Positions 1-9,692 of a stretch of DNA of 64,000 nucleotides are shown here, in pieces. The DNA is from Pelagomonas calceolata. Taxonomy: Eukaryota. The translations under genes and the position numbers were made by a program. Location of the stretch: the NCBI GenBank assembly GCA_918797485.1, contig CAKKNE010000006.1:2976001-3040000 (forward strand). The letters run 5' to 3'. Under the pieces are notes generated by a model. The model made no database searches. It was given only the letters and a program-made list of their open reading frames with translations, and was not told where the DNA came from. Numbering within the stretch: position 1 is the stretch's first letter; every line of letters begins with the position of its first letter.

Positions 1-650
1 CGGTCTTCGCGCGAGATGCGAAGGAAGGCGTGCTGCAGAACGAGGCAAAACGCTGCGTCTGGTCTCGAGCCGCAGACAGGGGCTTCTCCGCTACCTTAGA
101 GGCCCAATGTCTGGAACGAGCGGCCACGCGCCGGTCGGCCTGCGGCGGCGCGCAGGGCGGCGCCATGGCCGTGTCCGCCGGCGACCGCAGTCGACAATTT
201 GTGCGGGACTGGGTCGACGCTTACTTAAGGCATTGGACGAAGCAGGCCACGCGGTTAGGTGCGGGCAAGTATGATGAGAGGGAAGCTCGGACGTTTGCGT
301 CAGATCAGGGGCCTTTGTTGGATGTGGCGCAGACGCGGTGCAAGGAAGAAGAAAGTACGAAGCCTAAATGGAAGCTCGGCGCCCTGCCACGAACCATGAA
401 CGTGAGGGACGCGGACGCGGCCCCGGACTGTAGGAACTCGGTGTTCGGTCCTGTATTGTTCTTGCATCAGAAGAAATATGTCAGAGGCGGGTCGATCCCC
501 GAAGCGGTTCAGAGGCTCGACGGCGTGTGTCGGAGGGTGAACCGGCCTTTACATGATGGCGGGCTCTCGTGGAAAAACAAGACCAAACCGCCTTTTGAAT
601 GTGGTTGGATGTCTCCCAGAGGCGCGCCGGCGGGGACGCCTTTGCTTTAG
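1..650 (+). CDS. 3' part of a hypothetical protein that probably begins upstream of the window
   Basis: Open frame to a stop at 650, converging on the next gene's stop at 736 across a short AT-richer gap. No family recognised. Confidence 0.5.
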   Translation, partial: VFARDAKEGVLQNEAKRCVWSRAADRGFSATLEAQCLERAATRRSACGGAQGGAMAVSAGDRSRQFVRDWVDAYLRHWTKQATRLGAGKYDEREARTFASDQGPLLDVAQTRCKEEESTKPKWKLGALPRTMNVRDADAAPDCRNSVFGPVLFLHQKKYVRGGSIPEAVQRLDGVCRRVNRPLHDGGLSWKNKTKPPFECGWMSPRGAPAGTPLL

Positions 651-735
651 CGTCTGCGCGATGGCGTCGAGATTCCACGCCATCGACGCGGCGTTGTCGC
701 CTCGACTTAGTTTGTTAACATTATTTACATTAACA

Positions 736-3068
736 CTAGAGTTCACCGCGATCGCCCGGCCCGCGCACCGTCCGCGCGTTGCCCGAGTCGTCAGCAACGC
801 GCAGCTCGAAGGGGTAGTCGCCGCCCGGCAGCTCTCCATGCAAAGCGTGCCATGCTTCGTGACCCCAGACCAAGGACCACTTCACCTCCGACGCGAGTCT
901 ATCGAGCTCGGCGAGGTGCCACCGGCCGTGCGACCAAGAAACCTCGACGGACGCCACCACCCCACCGACGTCCGACGCGGCTCCCGACAAGCGAAGGACG
1001 CCGTCCTCCAAATTAGCGTAGAGCAGCGACGCCGTCGGCGCCTCATTATCAGTGATATCATCGACGAGCACGAGCGACTCATGTAAAGAACCAGGCAGCA
1101 CGCCCTGCATCCGGAAGACATTCACCGTCAATTGTTGCAAGTCACGCACGACACCCGCCGTATCCATCTCGACCCTGATGCTATACTTGTTCTGGCGCTG
1201 CGGGTCGTTCGCGTCGTGAACGTCGTCGAGCGCCCAGGCCCACTGCACGGTCCCGCTCCCGAAGGTCCAAGCTTTTGATTCTTCATGACGAGACAGTACC
1301 AGGTTGTGCGTCGCGCTGCAGGAGTCGAAGACGGCGCCCACGTCTCGTAGGCATTGGACGTTGTCCACCGTCGTAGATGATAAACGGTGAAGGTTCGGTG
1401 GCGACCAGCCGTTGTCGACGACCTCGTCCCACTCGTGGCCCAGCACGCCCTTCGGCGTATGGTATGAATGACCTTGGGCGACGGACGTGTTGCGCCAGGC
1501 GCGATGCCGCCCGAAGCGCTCGCCATCGACAAACAACGAATCGACGCGCTGGGCGTTGGCCACGAACATGTGTCCAGATAAAGCGTTCTCCGGCCTCGAA
1601 CCGCGGGGATTGATCGGTCGCGAGTCTCTAAAAGTACCGGTCCAGACGTCGTGCCTATCCATCTTTCTTATGTTTTGCGTCTCCTTGTAGCAGATCATGG
1701 TCCGGCCCTCGAAGCGCACGGCCCAGTAGGCCTCGTTCGCGCTCCAGAAGTTGAGGTGGACGCCTCTACGTCTCGCGCGCTCGATCGCGTCGCGCTGGCC
1801 GTAAGTCCAGTACTCCTGTGTGGGAATCAATTTCGGGCGCCCCACGCCATCGCCGCGATGCTGTCTCCGTAGCAGCGTCTGCTCGATGGCGTTCTCAGAA
1901 CTCACTGGTTGATTTCCACACAGGACGCGACGTCATGCCCCACGGATAAGTAGGCCCGCGACCGCTTCAGGATATTGTCCGCGTGCTTCCCCGATAGATC
2001 GAAGCCCGTCGCGTAATGGACGTCGTATCCCATCCTTTCTAGAAATCGGATCGCGGCGAGCTCCGGCCCGAGCGGCGCGTTCACCGACCGGTAGGCGCGC
2101 GTGATCAGCGGCGTGTCGTAACTCCGCGCGTGCGCCCGCTTGTGGACGTGCTTCGGGTCGCTCAGGTTGAGGAACTCGTCGCCGTAGGGCTCGTGCCTGT
2201 GCATTTAACCAGCGAGTTACGAGCAGACGCACGTAACAGGGACGGCGTCGCGTCGATGGCGTGGCGCCTCCGCGCCGTCGAGCAGACACGCAGCGCGGGT
2301 GGGATTTGCTTTCCGCACCGATACGCGCAGGTACGGGTAATGGAACGACCCATACGTCGTCAATCCCCCATAGCCGTTGTAGGCGTGCCACGTGAGATCT
2401 GCCGTTTGGAACAACAAATCGTGCGTCTCGGGTGATCTAACAACAAAATAAGCGTGCGACGCGCGCGGCTCCTTCAGTCTCCACCCTTCGCTCGGTTTGT
2501 TCTTGCCGCCCGCGCCGTAGGCATGCGCCAATTTCTCAGGTGGTAAGGAAGCGTCGCGCCCCTCGACGGCGTGGTGGTTGTCTGATACGATTGGCGACGC
2601 GTCGGCGCGCCATCCTTTCGTTTGGTCGGCGAGGACGAACCGCGCCACGTACAAGCCCGACGGTCCCTCCACAGACCAAGACGCGGCGACGGGCCACTTC
2701 GCGCAGGAGTAGGCCACGCCCTCCCTACACAGCGCCGTGACCGTCCGCGACGAGGCGTGACTGTCGAGCGTCGCCCGACCCATGACCCGCGCGCCTTTTC
2801 CCCCATAATAGCCCAGGCGGAAGATGTCTACTCGTTTTAAAGCTTCTCCAAATTGCAATTTGATCTTGAATTCAATAGTTTCGCCGGGGAGCACCGACGC
2901 CTGCGTCGCGAAGCCGCGGACGCCCGGGCTGCCCGCTCCATTAACATCCCAGATATCGGAAGATACGCCCTGCTTGCAGTTCTCCGCTACTATCGCATTG
3001 GCTGGAGAGGCGCAGGGGTCCTCGGTTGCTCCTACGAGCGCCGCTGCCAGCAGCAAAGAGCACCGCAT
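736..3068 (-). CDS. Secreted N,N-dimethylformamidase beta-subunit-like protein (bacterial DUF4082-associated type), 3 exons
   Basis: Signal peptide MRCSLLLAAALVGA. Motifs NAIVAENC, IFRLGYYGG, LLFQTADLTWHAYNGYGG, IRFLERMGYDV, LSVGHD|EYW, PENAL, LGHEWD, FGSGTVQWAWALD. Removing GT-AG introns 2197-2334 and 1816-1931 joins the three ORFs in frame. Confidence 0.8.
1816..1931 (-). mobile_element. Introner-like intron, family A (TIR CTGTGTGGRAATCAA...TTGATTTCCACACAG)
   Basis: TIRs span 1816-1923, the GT donor lies 8 nt outside the TIR, and subterminal sequence is shared with 34854-35041. The TSD is not conserved here. Confidence 0.8.
2197..2334 (-). other. GT-AG intron with short imperfect TIR-like ends
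   Basis: GTAC+CTGCGCGTAT...AAATGCACAG+GCAC restores FHYP-HEPYG. Contains the CGCGTCGATGGCGT motif. Confidence 0.7.
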
Positions 3069-3373
3069 GGAATGGTGCTGTCCGGTGCGTTTCTTGCCCA
3101 CGAAATTGTATAGCCGTCGATTGCAGGCGTTTTCTGAATGCTTCGTGCGAATCAGACAGCTTGCGAGTGGCTCACAGCAAAGCCTAGCCTTTGTTTTGTC
3201 GAGTTAAAAAATGGTGCTAGCGCCTGTTAAGACACTAGCGCGCTCGGCATTCACACGGATTTGGCCACACCGCTGGCTCCCCCTTGCGCTGCTAGCTAAA
3301 CGCTATCCCAAAGAACCGCTGAGGCAGTTTCGACGACGTATACGATCGCTGGTCCCCTTTGGGCTGCCTCCCA

Positions 3374-3739
3374 ATGAGGGCCCTGTGGGCTGCCATCACA
3401 ATACTTGGAGCTTCTGGGGTCGACATCATGGAAACGGACATATTAACGCTGCAGCACGACACCGCCCGGGCCCAGAGGCACATCAAAGAACAGCTCGACG
3501 GCTTAAATCGCGCGGAGAGGAATATAGCACAACTCGTCGAGGAGGTTATTGGTCTCCGCGGCGAGGTGAGGCGGCTCCAAGGGCTCGAGACGGAGGTCCG
3601 CGAATTGCGCGCGCTCGTCGGGACGCGACCGGAGCCGGGCGTCCTCTACGAGCTGGCGCCGGGCCACGAGAGAGAAGTGACGGTGACGACCGCCGGCGAC
3701 GCGGAGCCCGAGGCGCAGATCGCGACGTCGTCCCTGTAA
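3374..3739 (+). CDS. Small secreted coiled-coil protein
   Basis: Hydrophobic N-terminus (MRALWAAITILGASG) followed by a heptad-like helical segment. Confidence 0.6.
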   Translation: MRALWAAITILGASGVDIMETDILTLQHDTARAQRHIKEQLDGLNRAERNIAQLVEEVIGLRGEVRRLQGLETEVRELRALVGTRPEPGVLYELAPGHEREVTVTTAGDAEPEAQIATSSL

Positions 3740-3808
3740 TGTCTGTACTAGTAAATTAGAAAAGAACTGGAATCGAAAGGGGCAATCAATCAAAGGGGAG
3801 ATATGGAA

Positions 3809-4888
3809 TCAGAACGTCTCGCCGCCGCAGAGCGCGTGGAGGACCATCTGGGCGAGGTAGCGCGACGGCTCGCCGTTGTCGAAGCGCGACCGCCTTTTCT
3901 GAGCGTCGCAGACGGGGTCGAAGCACCGCCGGGTTGCGCGCGCCGCGTCGTGGGCCGGGCAGCTGCAGAAGAGGTGGGGCGACCGGTCGGAGAAGAACGC
4001 CTCCGGCCGCGCGGCCGAGAAGGCCTCGACGTCCAGCACCTCCGGCGCGAAGGCCTTCACCCGCTTGTTGATCTCGAGCAGGAGCGCGTTCACGCGCTCG
4101 CGGTCGCCGGGGTCCACGTCCGTCCCGAGGTTCAGGGCCGACGCGCGCCAGACGGCGCGCGTTCCGTTCAGCGCCGCCAGAAACGCCCGCACCCCGTCCA
4201 CCCCCCTCTCTAATCGCTCGGCGGCCCGGCCGGCGTGAATGCCGCAGCGCGTCTGGCGCGCCTGAGTGAGGGCGCCCTTCCAGGATCCCGGGAACTGCTC
4301 CATGACAACGTGGCGCTCCTCTATTCCAGACCCGTTCTGGACCAGGAAGCGCGGCATCGTCGGGTGCGGGACGCGTCGCAGGAAGCTGCCGAGGTACGCG
4401 CGGCAATTCGATAGCGCCCGCGGCGCCACGAAGGACCGGACGAAGTTCCCGCCCACATTAACCACAACCATGTGCGGCTCGTATTTGCTTTTTATATTCT
4501 GTGCGAGTCTGGAATCGAGGCGCGCTGGCCGCTGCACGTACGTCAGGCCCACGGGCGGCGGGCCCGCCGGGAACTCGTAGTCCCACGCGAGCAGTCGCAG
4601 CTCGTCGAAGAGACCCTGCGTCGTCGCGTCGCCCACGAGCGCCAGCGGTCTCCGTCGGAGACACGCCCTCGCCTCCTTTCCATCAAATACGCGCAACGCA
4701 CAGTTGTTCGGCGCCCAGACGCGCGGTTCTACATTATCAGGGCCGTCCGACGGCGGGGCGGCGACGCCGGCCGCCTTTGTAAAATCGCTACCATCAAGAC
4801 GCCGCGCGCAGCCCTGGCACTTGGGCCAGGCGACCCATTTCCCCTGCGACAGGGCCGCGGCGTTGGCGCAGAAGGCGAGGAGGCCCAT
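3809..4888 (-). CDS. PC-esterase/TBL-like SGNH-fold protein with signal peptide
   Basis: W.P.NC...CLRRRPLALVGDATTQ resembles the CL...FVGDS..R block, and there is a late D..PH motif. Confidence 0.55.
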   Translation of the reverse strand: MGLLAFCANAAALSQGKWVAWPKCQGCARRLDGSDFTKAAGVAAPPSDGPDNVEPRVWAPNNCALRVFDGKEARACLRRRPLALVGDATTQGLFDELRLLAWDYEFPAGPPPVGLTYVQRPARLDSRLAQNIKSKYEPHMVVVNVGGNFVRSFVAPRALSNCRAYLGSFLRRVPHPTMPRFLVQNGSGIEERHVVMEQFPGSWKGALTQARQTRCGIHAGRAAERLERGVDGVRAFLAALNGTRAVWRASALNLGTDVDPGDRERVNALLLEINKRVKAFAPEVLDVEAFSAARPEAFFSDRSPHLFCSCPAHDAARATRRCFDPVCDAQKRRSRFDNGEPSRYLAQMVLHALCGGETF

Positions 4889-5156
4889 TTTTAGCTGCCA
4901 CAAGCCAGTTTTAAGGCAGCCCCATCTGTCCAAGGGAGCGCGCGCACGGCCCGGTTTCGGCAGCGCGGTGCGAGATTGGGCAGCTTCCCGTCATGCGGGC
5001 AGCCCACGCCTGCCTACGCCGGCGAACTCCCCACGACCAGCAGCATTAGATGAACACAAGACTTCCACTAGTATCTAGTAGCGCCAGCGCGTGAGCTGCG
5101 AGAGGAGTGGCTTCCGCCGTTGAGTCTTGCGTTCACCGGTGTTGAGGCTTCGCAAT

Positions 5157-5180
5157 GCTAGCGGCCTGTAAGACACTAGC
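5157..5180 (+). promoter_or_regulatory. Motif A, consensus copy GCTAGCGGCCTGTAAGACACTAGC
   Basis: Identical to 40428-40451 and, over 23 nt, to the reverse complement of 34431-34453. Lies in a divergent intergenic gap. Confidence 0.7.
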
Positions 5181-5407
5181 CAGCCAAGCTGCTTCTTGGC
5201 TGGCACAGTGCTGGCTGCGGCATTCATTGCATTTGACCTTCGCACAGCTCGTAAAACTTATCAGTGCACCAAGTGCTGCAGTTGCATACAGCGGTGCGAC
5301 GCGTACACTCGCATACTAAAGCTGACACAGGCTGCACACTGCTGACACAGAGGCACGCAGAGGCACGCGGACAGTGCAACCGCTCGCCGCACGCTGCAAA
5401 ACACTGC

Positions 5408-6550
5408 ATGAACATCGCACTAGCACTCATCATCATGGCCACTCGCAGCGCCAGCGCCCTGTCGGCCCTGCCCGCCGCGTCGCAGTGCCGCGTGGCCGTG
5501 TGCGGCGCGGGCGTCGCCGGCGCGCTGACGGCGCGGCGCTTAGCGGAGGCCGGCATGTCCGTGACGTGCTTCGAGGCCGGCCGCGGTCCCGGCGGCCGCA
5601 CGTCGTCGCGGCGGACGGACCTGGGGCACTTCGACCACGGGGCGTCGTATTTTGCGCCGAAGACGGAAACGTTCGCCAAGACCGTTGAGGAATGGGTGGC
5701 CGCCGGTGCTGCTGCGGAGTGGCGCGGCCGCTTCGGCACGCTGCGCGACGGCGCCTTCCGGCTCGACGAAGACGCGCCGCCGCGCTACGTCGGCACGCCG
5801 CGCATGAGCGCCATCCCGCGCCACCTTCTCGCGCACGAAGGAATTACTTGCGTCTACGGCACGCGCGTCAAAGGTGCTGATTTCAACGATGGCTGGACGC
5901 TCCGCGACGCGAGCGGCAAAGAACTCGGCCGCTTCGACGCGCTAGTCAGCTCGGACCGCCTCATGGCCTCTGTAGCTGGACTTCCGGCGCCGCCAGCAGT
6001 TGACACGGTGCTCCCAGAGTTAAATGACCTGCCGTCGTTCGCGGGCGCGGCGAGCAAGGTCGAGTCGAGCCGCGCGCTCGTGCTGATGCTCGGGTTCGCG
6101 GGCGCGGTCGGAGACATTCCGTTCGACGCCGCGCTCGTCGAGGGCGACGACGTCGTGTCTTACGTTTCGCGCGACTCGTCGAAGCCTGGCCGAAGTGGCG
6201 AGCTCTGGACGGTGCACGCGACGCCGGAGTTCGCCGAGCGGACGCTCACGGCCGCCGCGGCCGAGGAGGACCCGCGATCCGCGCTCCAGAAGAAGGCGCC
6301 TGAGCTCGTCGCCGCCATGTCGCGCCTCCTGGCGCCGTGGGTCCCGGAGCTGCCTCCTCCAGACATCGCCGTGGCGCACCGCTGGGGCGCCGCGTTCCCG
6401 AGCAAACCAGAAGACGGTACTCCCCCGGCGATCTCCGAGCTCGGCGGGCGGTTCGTCGCCGTCGGGGACTATCTCGTGGGGCCCCGCGTCGAGGGCGCGG
6501 CCGCGTCGGCCGAGGCCGGGGCGAAGCTTCTGATTGGGGCTTGTGCGTAG
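5408..6550 (+). CDS. Renalase-like FAD/NAD(P)-dependent oxidoreductase
   Basis: VAVCGAGVAG, FEAGRGPGGRTSSRR, FDHGASYF, YVGTPRMSAI, AHRWGAAFP, GDYLVGPRVEGAAAS. Confidence 0.85.
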   Translation: MNIALALIIMATRSASALSALPAASQCRVAVCGAGVAGALTARRLAEAGMSVTCFEAGRGPGGRTSSRRTDLGHFDHGASYFAPKTETFAKTVEEWVAAGAAAEWRGRFGTLRDGAFRLDEDAPPRYVGTPRMSAIPRHLLAHEGITCVYGTRVKGADFNDGWTLRDASGKELGRFDALVSSDRLMASVAGLPAPPAVDTVLPELNDLPSFAGAASKVESSRALVLMLGFAGAVGDIPFDAALVEGDDVVSYVSRDSSKPGRSGELWTVHATPEFAERTLTAAAAEEDPRSALQKKAPELVAAMSRLLAPWVPELPPPDIAVAHRWGAAFPSKPEDGTPPAISELGGRFVAVGDYLVGPRVEGAAASAEAGAKLLIGACA

Positions 6551-6826
6551 TATTATTGTTACGGTGCTAGACTAGTGGCTTGTCTAGCGCGTCATACACT
6601 CTAGACATCACTTCCTTTTTTTCTTGAAGTTGAGCAAGCTTGCGTAGTGCGGGTGCTTTCCTCTCTCAGCTAAAGAGTTGGCGACAGATACGCACCCTGA
6701 ACGCACGCCGAGCTCCTCCCCGGGCTCAAAACTCGAGATAATACACGCCTCATCTGCACAAGCCACGTGTACCACTCGCCGTCGCGCCGTCGCAAGGGTT
6801 AGCCTGGCGTCCGTGACCGCTTAACT

Positions 6827-6848
6827 ACTCTCTCTCTCTCTCTCTCTC
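6827..6848 (+). repeat. (CT)n microsatellite in a probable 5' UTR
   Basis: A ctctct run ending about 20 nt upstream of ATG 6869. Confidence 0.9.
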
Positions 6849-6868
6849 ACGCCACAGCCATCAGCAGC

Positions 6869-8188
6869 ATGGCGACGCGCGAGACCCCCAGGGGCGTCGA
6901 GGCCACAGGCTTCGCGGACCCGGAGAAAAAGCTCATCGAGAACTGTCCGCTCGTGATCACGACGATTGAATGCCGCCCGAAGGACAAAAAGACGTACGAA
7001 TTCGACTATAAGATCGCCGGCGACCCGAAGGACAAAGACGCGCTCTTCCTCAAGGACATCCGCGAGTCGACGAGGAAGGAGGAGGGCAGCGGCTTCTTCA
7101 GTTGCGGCGGAACCACGTACAAGGTCTACGAGGGCACCGCGGTCGACAATTTGGGGACGGTCATCGACGAGATTGCCGACCAGCGCGGCGCCTCGCACTG
7201 CATCCTCTACGCGCACGGCCTCGGGTCGGATCCGGAGAACACGATCAAGACCGCGGGCGACATGAACGATTACTTCTCGAAAGGGGATGAGGGGAAACGG
7301 GCGTTCGTGGTCCCTATCTGCTGGCCCGCGGAGGAGAAAAAGGTCACGTGCCGGGAAGGGCCGATGGCGTTCGTTCACTCGTACGTCGGGCAGAAGGAGG
7401 ACGCGAAGGGCGCGGCGACGGCCATGCGCTCGGTCCTCCAGAGCCTCAACGAGGCGAAGGCGAACCGTAAAAAACCAATGCATACCAAGATCGCGATGAT
7501 GGCTCACTCGATGGGAAACTTCGTTTTGAAGCGGTTCGCGCCGGAGGGGTCCGACTTTAAGCCCGATGATTTCAAGTTCTGCGCGTGCTTCATGGTCGCG
7601 GCCGACGTGCGCTCCTCGACCTTCTCCGAGTGCCCGGAGGCGTACGTCCCGAAGGAGAAGGCCGTCAAGGAGAAGCTCGTCAAGGAATCAGACAAACCGC
7701 CCGTGGACGACAAGGGCAACGTTATCAAGGACGCGAACGGCCACGTAAAAAATTTCGATCACGACGGCGTGGACATCTGTCGCGTCGTCGACGGCAAGGT
7801 CCACATTGTCCACCACAGCGGCGACCTGGCGTTGTTAGGGCGCCGATTCCCCATGTTTGGCAACACGGGCAAAAATGACTTTTGGTTGGGGCGCCGGGCG
7901 CTCGGGAAGGACGGCCCTGATTTTAAGGGCAAACCGCTAGATTGCGACGAATGTTTGCACCCCAAAACGTCCGAAGAACCGTACGTGTCAGGACATCTCG
8001 TGGACGAGTCGTCGCTCCACCCGGACTGTCAAGGAAAAAAGCTCGTGTGGACGGACGGGAAATACTTTCATAATGAATTTGGGTTTGGCCGCGACCCCCT
8101 CGGCCACTCCTACCAGTACGGTGCAAAGATCTGCGATTACTACCTCGGCGCGTTGGGATTGCCAAAGCCGTCGGACCCGAAGAAGTAA
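6869..8188 (+). CDS. Alpha/beta hydrolase, DUF900-like
   Basis: ILYAHG, PICWP, nucleophile elbow AHSMG, MVAADV, D.AL and a late GHSY. Confidence 0.8.
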   Translation: MATRETPRGVEATGFADPEKKLIENCPLVITTIECRPKDKKTYEFDYKIAGDPKDKDALFLKDIRESTRKEEGSGFFSCGGTTYKVYEGTAVDNLGTVIDEIADQRGASHCILYAHGLGSDPENTIKTAGDMNDYFSKGDEGKRAFVVPICWPAEEKKVTCREGPMAFVHSYVGQKEDAKGAATAMRSVLQSLNEAKANRKKPMHTKIAMMAHSMGNFVLKRFAPEGSDFKPDDFKFCACFMVAADVRSSTFSECPEAYVPKEKAVKEKLVKESDKPPVDDKGNVIKDANGHVKNFDHDGVDICRVVDGKVHIVHHSGDLALLGRRFPMFGNTGKNDFWLGRRALGKDGPDFKGKPLDCDECLHPKTSEEPYVSGHLVDESSLHPDCQGKKLVWTDGKYFHNEFGFGRDPLGHSYQYGAKICDYYLGALGLPKPSDPKK

Positions 8189-8272
8189 GCGTCACCGGAC
8201 GTTGAACCCTCCTGCGCGCGATGGCCTGCGCTCCCCTAGCCCTCCCCGAGTATAAAAACACAGTCATAAAAC

Positions 8273-9394
8273 TTACTCCGCCGCGTCCTCGTCGACGTAC
8301 GAGAGCTCGTCCCTATTGCACGTGATGCGAGGTTCGAGGCCCTCCCAGCCCTCGTCCTCGTCGGGATCAATCTCGCGGTCGACGAAGCAGAGGTTGGCTT
8401 GCACGTCTCGGATCACACCGATGCCTCCGCCCGCCCGCGTCGGCAGGTTCACGCGCCGCCCAATCATCGTCGACGGCCGCAGGATTTTCTGCAACAATTC
8501 GGCTCGCTTCCACGACGGCATGGCGTCGTACGCGGTCTGCGAGACGCCGAATTCCGCCTCAAACGCCGCCTCCTCGTCGGCGAGCACGGTCCCTGTCTCC
8601 CAGTCACCGGGCGGCGGCGGCGGCGGCGGAGGCGGCGGCGGCGGAACAGCATCCTGCGTGACTTGCAACGCTTCGAGCGCAGCAGTCGGCGGGTCCGCCG
8701 ACTCCACGGGCGTCTCTGCTGGCGGCGCCTCCGCCGGCGCCGCCGCGGCCGCGTCCCGCCGCGCCACGAGGAACGCCTTCAGCGCGGACCGCAAAGGCGC
8801 GTTGCCCGGGACGACGTGGCCGCCCTCATGCTCGTGGATCACGGGGTCCGCGAACCGCGACGCCAGCGCCCGCGCGACGTCGGGCGGCACCGACGCATCC
8901 GTCGCGCCGAAACAGTGAAACGACGGCAACCGGCACGGCGCGCCGGCGTCCAGCGCCGCCAGCACGGTTGCATCGCGCGGCACGTAGCCGGCGAACAAAA
9001 CCGCGAACTGGAACAGGTCCGTCGTGAGGCAGAGCAGCGCCGCGAGCGTCGCGCCCTGCGAGAAGCCGAGGACGCCGTCGAAGGGGCCCTGACTTTGGCA
9101 CGTCGTGCGCACGAGCGCCAGGCTCTCCTCGAGGCCGTCGTAGGACGTTGACAAAGCCGGCCTATTTCCATCTCTGGTATTGTACCAGCCCAGCGGCGCG
9201 CCGCGCGTCGCCTCGTCGATCTGGCCCAGGAATTCGCCCGTCGCCGGCCGCGGCGCATCTAAAAATGTAAATTCGCACACGCTTTTCAATTGTTTGCGGA
9301 CGGCGCCCGTACGTTCTCTAAAAAACTGGCCATTTTGCGCATAGCCATGCAAGCAGAGGAGTTTCAGCTTGCGCTGGGGAGGCGCTTGCGGCAT
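8273..9394 (-). CDS. FSH1/OVCA2-type serine hydrolase with a C-terminal villin-headpiece-like segment
   Basis: LLCLHGYAQNG, FDGVLGFSQGA, G..D..VP, HEGGHVVP, a Pro-rich linker, then FEAEFGVSQTAYDAMPSWKRAEL. Confidence 0.85.
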   Translation of the reverse strand: MPQAPPQRKLKLLCLHGYAQNGQFFRERTGAVRKQLKSVCEFTFLDAPRPATGEFLGQIDEATRGAPLGWYNTRDGNRPALSTSYDGLEESLALVRTTCQSQGPFDGVLGFSQGATLAALLCLTTDLFQFAVLFAGYVPRDATVLAALDAGAPCRLPSFHCFGATDASVPPDVARALASRFADPVIHEHEGGHVVPGNAPLRSALKAFLVARRDAAAAAPAEAPPAETPVESADPPTAALEALQVTQDAVPPPPPPPPPPPPGDWETGTVLADEEAAFEAEFGVSQTAYDAMPSWKRAELLQKILRPSTMIGRRVNLPTRAGGGIGVIRDVQANLCFVDREIDPDEDEGWEGLEPRITCNRDELSYVDEDAAE

Positions 9395-9692
9395 TTCTAG
9401 TCCTGCTCGATGGCGTGGCGGGTGGCGCGGGACCACAGTGGTCCTATGTCTCAATCTGCGCACCGGCGACGTGCGATTTAACAGCCGTACAAGCCCGCAA
9501 AGGTGGCAAGCAAAAAAGGCTAGCGATAGTAACATACTAGCAAGCCCCAGCTTTTTGGGCCACACCCGCGTTACAGCTCGAAATCCCACGCGTCAGACGC
9601 GTCACGATCTATTTTTAAGTGCAGCTGTCGTAAGAGAACGCGTACGGCACAAAAACGCGGCCGCCAGGGGCACCAGCAGCACCCACCCTACA

